A DNA stretch of 64,000 nucleotides from Fibrobacter succinogenes (GCA_902776765.1 CACYRP010000001.1:25144-89143); one strand, 5' to 3'. Positions 16,915 to 28,815 are shown, counted from the stretch's first letter. Made by a program: numbers and translations. Notes: a model not told the origin generated them from the letters alone.

Positions 16915-18605
16915 AATATATCGCTTGGCTGTGGCACGGAACGAAAGGCTTCCGGATAAATATTGTCGTTCGCATTTTGGCGGGAATCGCACGCGTTGCA
17001 TGCGGTCTTTTGATGATATGGCTGAGCAAGCGGTTTATTGATGAAACGATACGCACGGGTTCGCAAGATGATATTGTGCGTATGATTGCGTTTCTTGTTT
17101 TTACTGTGGTGGGGACAATTGTCCTTAGACTCTTGTATTATTACATGACCGCCTCTGCTATGGTGAAGATGACCAATGCGCTAAGGTTGTTTTATTTTGG
17201 CACGTTGTTTAAGCGGCCGCTTTTTGACGGTCATGAATTGCATTCGGGCGATGTGTCGTCGAGACTTTCGAAGGATATTGAAACGGTTTCGACTTCGGTA
17301 ATCGATACGCTCCCGCAGATGGCGGTGACGGGAATCCAGCTTGTGGGTGCGTTCCTTTTGATGCGCTGGTTTGACGCTCGTTTAGCGTGGGCGCTGCTGT
17401 TGCTTACACCTGTAATGGTTGTGGTGGGTAAGCTGATTTCACGCAAGTTGCGCAAGATGACGCTTGATATTCGCGAAGGCGAAAGCCGCATCCAGATGCA
17501 GGTGCAAGAAGGTGTGGAATACAATGCTGTGTTGCGTTCGCTGGAAAGCGAAAGCTGGGTGACGGAACGGCTTGGTTTAAAACAAAATAAACTTGAACGC
17601 GATGTGCTGCGGCGGACTCGCTTTACGACGGTCGCGCGTTTTGCAATAGGCTCTGCGTTTGGACTTGGCTATTTGCTTGCGTTTGTGTGGGGCGGGCTTG
17701 GGCTGCGTGATGGGACGATTACGTTTGGCGTGATGACATCTTTTTTGCAGTTGGTCGGGCAAATCCAGCACCCGATTTTGACGTTGCTTGGGATGGTGCC
17801 GCAATTGGTACATTCGACGGCTAGCATTGATCGTTTGGATGAGTTGACTAAAAAGGTCGTGGATGATGCTGGGGCGTGCGCGGGTGAAACGTGCGGAAAT
17901 GAGCGCGGAAATGAACTGCGCGGGCGCTTGGGCTTACGGCTAGAGAATGTGCGCTTTGGATACGCTGGCGGCGACCTCGAAATAGTCCGTAATTTTTCGC
18001 ACGATTTTATGCCTGGGAGCAAGGCTGCGATTATGGGCGAGACCGGTAAAGGCAAGACAACCTTGTTTAGGCTTTTGCTTGGGTTCGTGAAGCCGGATAG
18101 TGGACGAATGGTAATTTATTCGAAATCCGCTGTAGCGAATGTAGGCTCGGGCGAACGTTCGGAAATGCGCGGAGAATCGGTTGATGTTTCGGAAGAGACT
18201 CGTTCGAATTTTGTGTATGTGCCGCAAGGCAACACGCTGATGAACGGCTCTGTGCGCTACAATTTGCAGTTGGCAAAAACCGATGCGACTGAAGAAGAAA
18301 TGCTCCGCGTTTTGCACATTGCTTGTGCGGAATTTGTGGAGACGTTGCCCGATGGAATTGATACAGAAATTGGGGAACGCGGGCATGGGCTTAGTGAAGG
18401 CCAGGCACAGCGTATTGCAATTGCGCGTGGGCTTTTACGTCCCGGAAACATTTTGCTTTTTGATGAAATTAGTTCTTCGCTGGACGAGGCGACTGAGGCG
18501 GAACTTTACCGTCGCATATTCGAAGCCTTCCCGGAAAAGACGATGATTTTTGTAACGCACCGCACTGCTATTTGCGAAATGTGCGACGAGACCGTGCGCT
18601 TGTAG
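16911..18605 (+). CDS. ABC exporter, fused permease/ATPase
   Basis: Six-TM N-half. Walker A GETGKGKTT, signature LSEGQAQRIAIARG, Walker B ILLFDE. ATGA overlap with the pqqD-like stop. Confidence 0.9.
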   Translation: MKYIAWLWHGTKGFRINIVVRILAGIARVACGLLMIWLSKRFIDETIRTGSQDDIVRMIAFLVFTVVGTIVLRLLYYYMTASAMVKMTNALRLFYFGTLFKRPLFDGHELHSGDVSSRLSKDIETVSTSVIDTLPQMAVTGIQLVGAFLLMRWFDARLAWALLLLTPVMVVVGKLISRKLRKMTLDIREGESRIQMQVQEGVEYNAVLRSLESESWVTERLGLKQNKLERDVLRRTRFTTVARFAIGSAFGLGYLLAFVWGGLGLRDGTITFGVMTSFLQLVGQIQHPILTLLGMVPQLVHSTASIDRLDELTKKVVDDAGACAGETCGNERGNELRGRLGLRLENVRFGYAGGDLEIVRNFSHDFMPGSKAAIMGETGKGKTTLFRLLLGFVKPDSGRMVIYSKSAVANVGSGERSEMRGESVDVSEETRSNFVYVPQGNTLMNGSVRYNLQLAKTDATEEEMLRVLHIACAEFVETLPDGIDTEIGERGHGLSEGQAQRIAIARGLLRPGNILLFDEISSSLDEATEAELYRRIFEAFPEKTMIFVTHRTAICEMCDETVRL

Positions 18606-18660
18606 ATGGGTAATCCGAAGAGCTTGTTTCGGTGTTTTGGTGCCGAGTGCTCTTATCCAC

Positions 18661-18717
18661 GCGTTTCAAAAAAAGGCTATGAACCGTTGCTTTTGAAACG
18701 CTAGCGTGTTATTTTTT
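18661..18717 (+). terminator. operon terminator
   Basis: Perfect 11-bp stem GCGTTTCAAAA/TTTTGAAACGC with a 19-nt loop, then GTTATTTTTT. Confidence 0.5.
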
Positions 18718-18846
18718 GAATAGGTGGGGGCTTTGAAACGGCTTGAAAAGGCTTTTTTTTTCGAAAATCGCGATTTTTGGGGTGCTAGGGGACTTTTGGC
18801 ACATTGTTTGCAATAGGGAAGGGGAAAAAAGAAAAGCGAGGATAAA

Positions 18847-21414
<2,568 letters not shown>

Positions 21415-21524
21415 GTTATAGGTGATAGGTAATAGGTTTTAGGAAAATAATCGCGGCTATGCCACCCATTAGAAATGTGCGTAGCACGTGTAATACCTAA
21501 CCCCTACAGCCTAAAACCTAATTC
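21415..21524. repeat. family B composite imperfect palindrome between convergent genes
   Basis: GGTTATAGGTGATAGGTAATAGGTTTTAGG - core ATCGCGGCTATGCC..GTGCGTAGCACGTG - CCTAACCCCTACAGCCTAAAACCTAATTCCTAC. Confidence 0.7.
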
Positions 21525-22232
21525 CTACAACGCTGTCATAACGTAAAGAGCAATGGTCTTATGATCATTGTTCTTTTCTTGCATTACGCCCACGTCAAAG
21601 TCGATGCGCACATGCGTTCCGCCGAATGTCAGTTCGAACTTCGGGATGATATCGACCATAAAGTCGTTGCGGAGATTTCCAATACTTGCCGACGTGTTGA
21701 TTTCAAGGAAAATGCGGAACATTTGTCCGAAAACGAGTGTCGGAATCATGGCTCCAGAAAACTTGACGTAACCTTCTTCGCCGTTGTACCTTGTTGCTCC
21801 GTCGAGGAATCCGGCGCGGAGTTCATAGTAGTTGGCAAAGCATTTTGCGATGAATTGCTGTGTACCGACCGTGAACACGATTGCGCTTGCGCTGATGTCG
21901 CTCAAGTCCAGGTAACCATCGAACGCGAGGAAGGAACTCGGTTTGTAACGATAGCGAACGCCAAGGTCTAGGGCTGTTTTTGTTTCGTTTAATTGGTTGT
22001 ATGTGTTGATATCGAGCTTTGCGCCGACATCAAATTGTTTGTTGAGTCGGGTTGTAAAGTTGATGGGGAATAGGACGTTCGAATTGAACGGGGAGCGGAT
22101 ACCGATACCGAGACCAATCTTTGGGGATGGGCGGCTTTCGGCACCGAAGGTGTACCTCATGTCCCACATGTGGTCGAGTGCAAAAGCGTTGGTCGCTAAA
22201 AAGATAAATAGTAGGCAAAGAATGTGCTTCAT
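21525..22232 (-). CDS. hypothetical outer-membrane beta-barrel protein
   Basis: Only the last 235 aa of the 631-aa track ORF. Signal peptide MKHILCLLFIFLATNAFA, then alternating beta-strand-like sequence. The rest of that ORF is antisense to hisC. Confidence 0.6.
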   Translation of the reverse strand: MKHILCLLFIFLATNAFALDHMWDMRYTFGAESRPSPKIGLGIGIRSPFNSNVLFPINFTTRLNKQFDVGAKLDINTYNQLNETKTALDLGVRYRYKPSSFLAFDGYLDLSDISASAIVFTVGTQQFIAKCFANYYELRAGFLDGATRYNGEEGYVKFSGAMIPTLVFGQMFRIFLEINTSASIGNLRNDFMVDIIPKFELTFGGTHVRIDFDVGVMQEKNNDHKTIALYVMTAL

Positions 22233-22286
22233 GATTATCAAAGTTAGATAAAACCTCTGGTAAAAGCTAAATTTACACGCGTTAAA

Positions 22287-23384
22287 ATGGAGGTATTTGT
22301 GGTCGATCCGCGTCCAGAACTTTCTAAACTTTCCGATTATGTCCCTGGCAAGTCCATCGACGAAATTCGTGAACGTTATGGTCTTAAGAATGTTGTAAAG
22401 CTTGCGTCTAACGAAAACCCGCTCGGCGCTTCCCCGAAGGCGGTGGAAGCGTTCCATGAAATTGCAAATTCGTTGCACTTGTACCCGCGCGGCGATGCTC
22501 CGAAGTTGATTGATGACATAGCTAAAAGATTTGGCGTAAACAAGAACCAGATTGTTATTGGTAATGGTTCTGATGAAATCATCGACATGGTGGGTAAGGC
22601 TTTTATCCGTCAGGGCGACAACTGCATTGGCATAACGCCGACGTTCTCGGTTTACAAGTTTACGACGCTTTCGAACGGCGCTGATTTTATTGGCGTGGGC
22701 GAGGGCGATGAACGTGCTAGCCTTGATAAGCTTGCGGCTGCTATTAATGACAATACTCGTGTGGTGTTCATTTGCAACCCGAACAACCCGACCGGCCATT
22801 ACTACAATGAAGCTGAAATTCGTGCGTTCCTTGCTAAGGTGCCGAAGAACGTTCTCGTGTTCTTGGACGAAGCTTACGCGGAATTTGCGACGGCTCCGGA
22901 TTTCCCGAAGCTTGCATCTGCGTTGGACGAGTTCCCGAACTTGTTCATCAACCGCACGTTCAGTAAGATTTATGGATTGGCTGGGCTCCGCGTGGGTTAT
23001 GCCATTGCAAGTGCCGAAGTGATTCGCGCCATGTGGAAAATCAAGCCGCCGTTTGACGTGAACCAGGCTGCTCAGGTAGCTGCGATTGCGGCTTTCGCCG
23101 ACACGGACCACGTGGAAGCAACGCGCAAGAACAACGCTATCGGATTTGAATATTTGAACCGCGAATTTACGGCGCTTGGTTTCAAGGTGCTCCCGACGCA
23201 GGCTAACTTCATTTGTGTTCACATTGGCGATAAGGCCAAGGAACTTGTTTTGTTCTTGGAACAGAACGGCATGATTGTTCGCGGGCTTACGAGCTTTGGC
23301 ATGCCGGAACACATCCGTATTACGGTTGGCAAACCCGAAGAAAATGAACTGCTTGTTTCGCTTGTTAAAAAGTGGGTCGGCTAG
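22287..23384 (+). CDS. hisC: histidinol-phosphate aminotransferase
   Basis: 365 aa. KLASNENPLG, NPNNPTG, and the PLP-Lys region RTFSKIYGLAGLRVGY. Confidence 0.9.
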   Translation: MEVFVVDPRPELSKLSDYVPGKSIDEIRERYGLKNVVKLASNENPLGASPKAVEAFHEIANSLHLYPRGDAPKLIDDIAKRFGVNKNQIVIGNGSDEIIDMVGKAFIRQGDNCIGITPTFSVYKFTTLSNGADFIGVGEGDERASLDKLAAAINDNTRVVFICNPNNPTGHYYNEAEIRAFLAKVPKNVLVFLDEAYAEFATAPDFPKLASALDEFPNLFINRTFSKIYGLAGLRVGYAIASAEVIRAMWKIKPPFDVNQAAQVAAIAAFADTDHVEATRKNNAIGFEYLNREFTALGFKVLPTQANFICVHIGDKAKELVLFLEQNGMIVRGLTSFGMPEHIRITVGKPEENELLVSLVKKWVG

Positions 23385-23392
23385 GAGATCGC

Positions 23393-24247
23393 ATGTTCGA
23401 AATGGAAAGTCGAATTGCAAGGGATGAAGTTGCTCCTGAAAATCTGGAACTCTTGAAGATTGCGCTCAAGACAGCGGAATTGGCTGAAGAAAACATCCTC
23501 AAGTTCTACCAGAAAGATGTGGGCGTTGAATGGAAGGCCGACAAGACGCCGGTCACGATTGCGGACAAGGGAACCGAAGAACTGGCGCGCAAATTTTGGG
23601 CCAAGGAAACTCCAGGTTTTGGTGTCATTGGCGAAGAATTTGGCATTGAAAGCCCTGATGCGGAATACCAGTGGGTGATTGACCCGATTGATGGTACAAA
23701 ATCGTTTATCCATGGTGTTCCGTTGTTTGGAACGCTCATTGCGCTTTACCACAAGAATGAGCCGATTGCAAGCGTCATCCGATTGCCGGCAATGAAGAGC
23801 GCTGTGTGGGCAGTGAACGGCGGCGGCGCTTTTTTGGATGGTCGCGAAGTTCGCATTTCGAAGGTGTCGCAATTGAGCGATGCGCTTGTGCTTTCGGGAA
23901 CTGTTAATACGATGGAAGACAAGGGTTTTGGTGAAGGCTTTACGAAACTCCGCCGCAGCGCCCGTTTGCATCGCGGTTGGGGCGACTGCTACGGCTATTA
24001 TCTCGTGGCGGCAGGTCGTGCTGAAATCATGGTGGATCCGGTCGTTTCGTTGTGGGACATCGCCCCGTTCCCGCTCTTGATGAAAGAAGCGGGCGGCAAG
24101 TTCAGTACGATTGACGGCAAGACGGAACTCTTCGATGCTACGGGAACGCCGACGGCGCCCATTTACGAAGGGTTCACGAGTATCGCCTCGAACGGACTGT
24201 TGCACGGTGCAGCACTGGAATGCCTTACACGTCGTTCTGAAGGCTGA
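23393..24247 (+). CDS. inositol monophosphatase family protein, possibly histidinol-phosphatase (HisN-type)
   Basis: EEFG, WVIDPIDGTKSFIHG, and WDIAP are IMPase motifs. AGGAG lies before the ATG at codon 8. Immediately downstream of hisC. Confidence 0.7.
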   Translation: MFEMESRIARDEVAPENLELLKIALKTAELAEENILKFYQKDVGVEWKADKTPVTIADKGTEELARKFWAKETPGFGVIGEEFGIESPDAEYQWVIDPIDGTKSFIHGVPLFGTLIALYHKNEPIASVIRLPAMKSAVWAVNGGGAFLDGREVRISKVSQLSDALVLSGTVNTMEDKGFGEGFTKLRRSARLHRGWGDCYGYYLVAAGRAEIMVDPVVSLWDIAPFPLLMKEAGGKFSTIDGKTELFDATGTPTAPIYEGFTSIASNGLLHGAALECLTRRSEG

Positions 24248-24432
24248 AAGCCTGAAGAATCCAGTTAAGTTAAGTACCCACAAGATTTGACTGGATCCCT
24301 CGTCGCTTCGCGTCTTGGGATGACAGCTCCAATAAACCGTTCTCTTCCTACTATTTCCTAACCTCTAAAACCTATTCAAAACCTCTCTCGTCTGTAGCCC
24401 GAAGGGCGTTCTCTCGTCTTTCGTCTAACTCA
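24231..24432. repeat. intergenic region built entirely of repeat families A, B and C
   Basis: GTCGTTCTGAAGGCTGAAAGCCTGAAGAATCCAGT contains the upstream stop codon. Then inverted ACTGGATCCCTCG..GGGATGAC, a CCTA-type array, and a family C element abutting the comEC stop. Confidence 0.7.
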
Positions 24433-26940
24433 CTCCCACATCGTTGTATAGCTCACAGAATCTGGGACGAACGTGAACGTTATCGTCCCTTTTTGGGCGG
24501 TGTTGATGTAAGGTATGTGGAGCGAATCGAGGCGGTCGGTGACTTGTTTGTGCGGGTGGCGGAAACGGTTTTTGCGACCGCTTGGGATAATGGCGTATGT
24601 GGGGGCGACTGCGGTCAGGAATGGAAGACTGCTAGATGTTTTGGAACCGTGGTGCCCGAGTTTTAGCACATCGCTTTTCAGATAAATGTCGGTTTTCATA
24701 ATCGTTTTTTCTCCGGCGGTGGTGAGGTCTCCGGTGAGGATGGCTGAATGCCCAAGTCCCTTGAGCCTAAGCGTTATGCTCCCTTCGTTTGCTTCGGTAC
24801 AAATATCTTCGACGGGATGGATGGTGCGGATTTCAAAGAAATTCTCTTTCCAAAGAATGCCGCGATGGACATTGCGAATAGGAATGTTGCGTTTATTTGC
24901 TTCGCGGAGGACTTGTTGCCAATCGGGTTTGCGTTCTTTTAACGAACACTTGCTAGCCCAAATTTCTTTGACAGGGAACATTTTTATTAGCGAGAGGGCG
25001 CCTCCGAAATGGTCCTTGTCGGGATGCGTGATGATTAAGGCGTCGAGTTCACGAATGCCAATGTGGTGCAAAAAGGGAACGATGATGTCTTTGCCGGAAT
25101 CTTGCCTGCTATTGTCGCCCGCGTCAACGAGGAAATGCTTGCCGGATGGCGCCTTGACGAGATGGCTGTCGCCTTGCCCGACATCAATTGTGGTGAGTGT
25201 CCACGACGGGTGCAAAATTTCGTGATAGCTGTTGTATGCGAAAATGGCAGATGCTGCGAGCACACAGAAAAAGGCATACTTGCGTGCGATGTAATTCTTG
25301 CGGCAAATCGGCAAAAGTAAAATCAAGAATCCGAGCGCGAGCAATACCGGTGGCGAAAACGGCCCGACGGTCATCGAGGCGGCTGCACTGTCCGAGAGAA
25401 TGCGCGTGAGGAGCGAGGCGAGCCGCAAAAAGAATTGTGCGGCGGCGCAGAATGTGCCGCTGATAAAGTCAATGGGGGAAAGCTGCGCGAAAAGCCCCGC
25501 TTGCATGCCGAGCGAAATGGCCGGAACGATGATGATGTTTCCGAACCATGCGAACGGCGAAAGCGTTTTGAAATGATGGATCAGGAATGGCGCTGTGGCA
25601 AGTGTCGCGCAAAGCGTGACGTATGTAGGGTCAATCGCGAATGCTTGGATTTTTTGCCAGAGCTTGTTGCGGCTAAGGCTTTCGGGCAAATATTTTGTCG
25701 GGTTGTGAGGGGTGCCGATGATGATGCCCGCCGTGGCTGCAAAAGAAAGCTGGAATCCCGGATTCCAAATAACGCTGGGTTCCGGCAAAATGATGAGGAG
25801 CAACGCGACGCCTAAGCTGTTGAGCGTGTTGGCCGGTTTCCCGAATAGCGTCCCGATTTGCGGGATGGCAAACATCATGACCGCGCGCCTGACTGCTGGC
25901 GAACCGCCTGTGACGGGAACGTAAACCGCGAGGAGCGCCGTTGCAATGAGAATGACGATTTTATGCGGAAGGCCTGTTGCTTTAAGGAATACCATGAGCA
26001 TCCCGGCGAGCAAAACAACGTGAAAACCGCTGATGGCAAGCACATGCACAAGCCCCGAACGTTGAAAATCGCTTCGCAGAACCTCTGGAATGCCCGAGCG
26101 GTCGCCCGCCAAAAGCCCCATCAAGAGTCCTGTTTCGGCGGGATCGAGGAACTTTGCAAATCGCGCTTGCAGAAATTGCCGGAACTTGAAGAAACTCCGT
26201 TCGAAAGTCCAATCGCCGGAGTACGATTCCCAGTGCTTGAATTTCCCGTAGGCGGCGAGATTCTGGGATTTGAGCCATCCTTGCGTGTCGAACGCTCCGG
26301 GGACGCTCGGCGGTGTTACGGGGTACCATGATGCTTCGTAGCAAATGGAATCGCCCGGTTCGGGAAGGTTCGGCATGTCCCGCTTTTCGGTCAATCGCAC
26401 TTTGTAGTGAACATCGCGAGCCGCTTCGAATGAATTTGTGGTTCCGTCTGCCGCTCCTTCAATTTTTTCTTGCGAAACGTTGATTATAAATGCGGTTCCC
26501 TTGGGGCGCGGCAGGCGCGTTTCGACTTTCCCACAGCCAAAATTGCTCGTTTTCGCGCATTTTCCATTACGATTTCCCACGCCTTTTTCTGCGCATTCCC
26601 CCGCGTATTCCCGGGCGCCTTTTTCATTTCCCCAAAGTGTACCAAAACTCGGTATTCCCTCATGGACTACAATCCCGACGGCCATAGAAATAAAAATCAC
26701 CCATTGCAGATGCCGCCGGAAAGAATGCGTGAGCAAAAATACCATTCCAAGCAGGAATATGGCGAAATTTGGCATATCTAGAGATGCCAAAGTCGCTGTT
26801 AGAATGATGGCGCTCACAAGGGCCGGTTTCCCGTCGAGTGGTGCAATAAGTTCCTTAAATGCTTTAAATATTTTTTCTTTAATATTTTTATTCATTTTCT
26901 TAATTCTTTTGTATTTTAAGTGAGTCTGTATTTTATACAC
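24430..26940 (-). CDS. comEC: DNA internalization competence protein ComEC/Rec2
   Basis: 836 aa. DUF4131-like OB region, polytopic competence domain (SGLVHVLAISGFHV) and a C-terminal metallo-beta-lactamase domain (IDVGQGDS, ITHPDKDH, GHHGS). Met16 is an alternative start. Confidence 0.9.
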   Translation of the reverse strand: MYKIQTHLKYKRIKKMNKNIKEKIFKAFKELIAPLDGKPALVSAIILTATLASLDMPNFAIFLLGMVFLLTHSFRRHLQWVIFISMAVGIVVHEGIPSFGTLWGNEKGAREYAGECAEKGVGNRNGKCAKTSNFGCGKVETRLPRPKGTAFIINVSQEKIEGAADGTTNSFEAARDVHYKVRLTEKRDMPNLPEPGDSICYEASWYPVTPPSVPGAFDTQGWLKSQNLAAYGKFKHWESYSGDWTFERSFFKFRQFLQARFAKFLDPAETGLLMGLLAGDRSGIPEVLRSDFQRSGLVHVLAISGFHVVLLAGMLMVFLKATGLPHKIVILIATALLAVYVPVTGGSPAVRRAVMMFAIPQIGTLFGKPANTLNSLGVALLLIILPEPSVIWNPGFQLSFAATAGIIIGTPHNPTKYLPESLSRNKLWQKIQAFAIDPTYVTLCATLATAPFLIHHFKTLSPFAWFGNIIIVPAISLGMQAGLFAQLSPIDFISGTFCAAAQFFLRLASLLTRILSDSAAASMTVGPFSPPVLLALGFLILLLPICRKNYIARKYAFFCVLAASAIFAYNSYHEILHPSWTLTTIDVGQGDSHLVKAPSGKHFLVDAGDNSRQDSGKDIIVPFLHHIGIRELDALIITHPDKDHFGGALSLIKMFPVKEIWASKCSLKERKPDWQQVLREANKRNIPIRNVHRGILWKENFFEIRTIHPVEDICTEANEGSITLRLKGLGHSAILTGDLTTAGEKTIMKTDIYLKSDVLKLGHHGSKTSSSLPFLTAVAPTYAIIPSGRKNRFRHPHKQVTDRLDSLHIPYINTAQKGTITFTFVPDSVSYTTMWE

Positions 26941-26970
26941 GCTTTTGAGGAGTTTTTGGATTAGGAGTTT

Positions 26971-28275
26971 ATGAAAAAGTTTTGTAAAAAAGTGTGGATT
27001 TGTGGGCTTCTTTGCTTTTTGTGGGCAAGCTTATTTACGTCGTGCTCGGAAGTTGTTGAAGCTGATGGTAGTCCAGAGCTTTCGCCTGATCCGAGTCACC
27101 CCATTGCCTTTAAACTTTATCCGAACGACATGGCAAGAAATGATTCCGCAGCGGCTAATCTTGCTCGCGGAATTGCGCTTATTGTTCATCCGGGGGCGTC
27201 CTATACACTTTCTTTTGATATTGATTCAACGCAACCGGCTCCAGAATTGCAGTTGTTCCACACTTATGATTTGAAATATTCAAAAGATCTTGTAGGATCT
27301 ACAAGGGTAAGGACTTTATCGCCTACGGTTGTCGGGAACCGCTATGTTTATTCTTTTACTTGTGAAGAAAATAAAATGACGATTTGGCTTACTTCGCTTG
27401 GCGTGGATGGTGAGTATTTCAAGGGTAAAGTAGATAACATCAGATTTCAGGGAATTGGTTCATATAGCGATCATTTCTCGATTAATTTGATTGTTGTGGG
27501 CTCTATGGATAAAACGCTTGACGGCAAAAATGTTGATGAGCTGGCGAGCGACATGCTGAGACTTTTCCGTGAAAAATATTATGGCATAACAGTCGATACC
27601 CTTTATGTTCGCTATGCCCACAATCACCCGACTTTGGGCTCGTATTATCCGGCTGATCAACCGTGGGTGGCTGGTGTGAGCTCTGATGATTTGTTTGTTA
27701 GTGAACTGGCTGGCTGGCCCGAAGAAGGACTTCGCAATGCGCTGAACATTGTTCTTGTCCATAGCATAAAAAATAAAGATGTCATGGGGTATTCTCATGT
27801 ATTTTCGGGAATTTTAGGGGCCGGCAACCAAAGCTCTGTTGTGATTGGTGAATATGTTAAAAAGAGTGATGGGTATGAGTTGCTTTCGTCGTACAATATT
27901 ATAATGACGGCGGTTCACGAAACAGGGCATTTCTTTGGACTTAGGCATACTTCGACCACAAGGCGTGATTTGGGACTGCTTGCCGATTCTGGAGAAGACA
28001 ACGGCAATGTTGGTGATTTGTCGAACATCGAGGACGGTTTGACGGATACTCCGTTCTGTGAATATATTTTCAGAAGTGGCCTTTATAAGAGCGGCGAAAG
28101 TGCCGGTGGCTATGCCCTTGAACGAGGCTCTTACTTGTCGAAGTCGGGTATACATGCATGCCCTGATCAAAATAACATAATGTTTCCTGTGACGCTTGAT
28201 GACGCGGGCACGGTTTCTTTTTCAAAACAGCAGATGGAAATTATACGTTCGTCGTTGATGATTTTCCCGCATTAA
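26971..28275 (+). CDS. lipoprotein zinc metalloprotease (metzincin, M43/pappalysin-like)
   Basis: Lipobox LFTSC. HETGHFFGLRH is the extended HExxHxxGxxH metzincin motif. Confidence 0.7.
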   Translation: MKKFCKKVWICGLLCFLWASLFTSCSEVVEADGSPELSPDPSHPIAFKLYPNDMARNDSAAANLARGIALIVHPGASYTLSFDIDSTQPAPELQLFHTYDLKYSKDLVGSTRVRTLSPTVVGNRYVYSFTCEENKMTIWLTSLGVDGEYFKGKVDNIRFQGIGSYSDHFSINLIVVGSMDKTLDGKNVDELASDMLRLFREKYYGITVDTLYVRYAHNHPTLGSYYPADQPWVAGVSSDDLFVSELAGWPEEGLRNALNIVLVHSIKNKDVMGYSHVFSGILGAGNQSSVVIGEYVKKSDGYELLSSYNIIMTAVHETGHFFGLRHTSTTRRDLGLLADSGEDNGNVGDLSNIEDGLTDTPFCEYIFRSGLYKSGESAGGYALERGSYLSKSGIHACPDQNNIMFPVTLDDAGTVSFSKQQMEIIRSSLMIFPH

Positions 28276-28278
28276 AAA

Positions 28279-28815
28279 ATGAAAGCTTCTCAATTTTCTG
28301 AAAATGCGCAGTTGATTGCGTTTGTGTTGCAGAAGGGTGCCGAATGGGACCCGAATGTTATTGAACTCCTTGAAAAAACGTGGGGCAAAATTCGCCATAA
28401 AGGGCGCCTCTTTGCGTTTGACAAGACGGATTATTACAAGCCTGAGATGGGTGATGATTTGTATCGCGGTGTGGTCTCGTTTGAGCGTGAAATCCCGCCG
28501 GAGACGATTGCCGAAGAAAAGGAACGCAGCAATGCGTTGGAACTCACGACCGCTTCGGCAGATGCGCCAGAACTCCGCCATGTGAACATTGACATTGGCT
28601 ATATGGACATGGACAAGGTGGTGCTGCCAAGCTACAAGCGCGGGCCGTTTAAACTTTATGCCGGCAAGGGCGTTTGGCTCGACATGCTTTTGACGTATGC
28701 GAAGGGCGTTTTCCACCCGACGGCGTGGGCGTTTGACGATTTTGTTAGAAATCCGTACCAGCATGACTTGCAGTTAATTCGTGAAAAATTCAAGAAAGCT
28801 AGAAAAAACGGTTAA
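28279..28815 (+). CDS. DUF4416 family protein
   Basis: 178 aa. YYKPEMGDDL..NIDIGYMDMDKVVLPSYKRGPFKLY..WAFDDF matches my recollection of DUF4416. Confidence 0.55.
   Translation: MKASQFSENAQLIAFVLQKGAEWDPNVIELLEKTWGKIRHKGRLFAFDKTDYYKPEMGDDLYRGVVSFEREIPPETIAEEKERSNALELTTASADAPELRHVNIDIGYMDMDKVVLPSYKRGPFKLYAGKGVWLDMLLTYAKGVFHPTAWAFDDFVRNPYQHDLQLIREKFKKARKNG

Noticed and set aside
18606-18704. 32-aa ORF (MGNPKSLFRCFGAECSYPRVSKKGYEPLLLKR) starting right after the ABC exporter stop, considered as a RiPP precursor
   Set aside because: It has no Shine-Dalgarno, and its second half is the 11-bp terminator stem-loop. I cannot show conservation. It is worth a look only if comparative data support it.
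22233-23420. N-terminal 396 codons of the 631-aa minus-strand ORF
   Set aside because: This part is antisense to hisC. Only the distal 235 aa, which begin with a signal peptide, look like a real protein.
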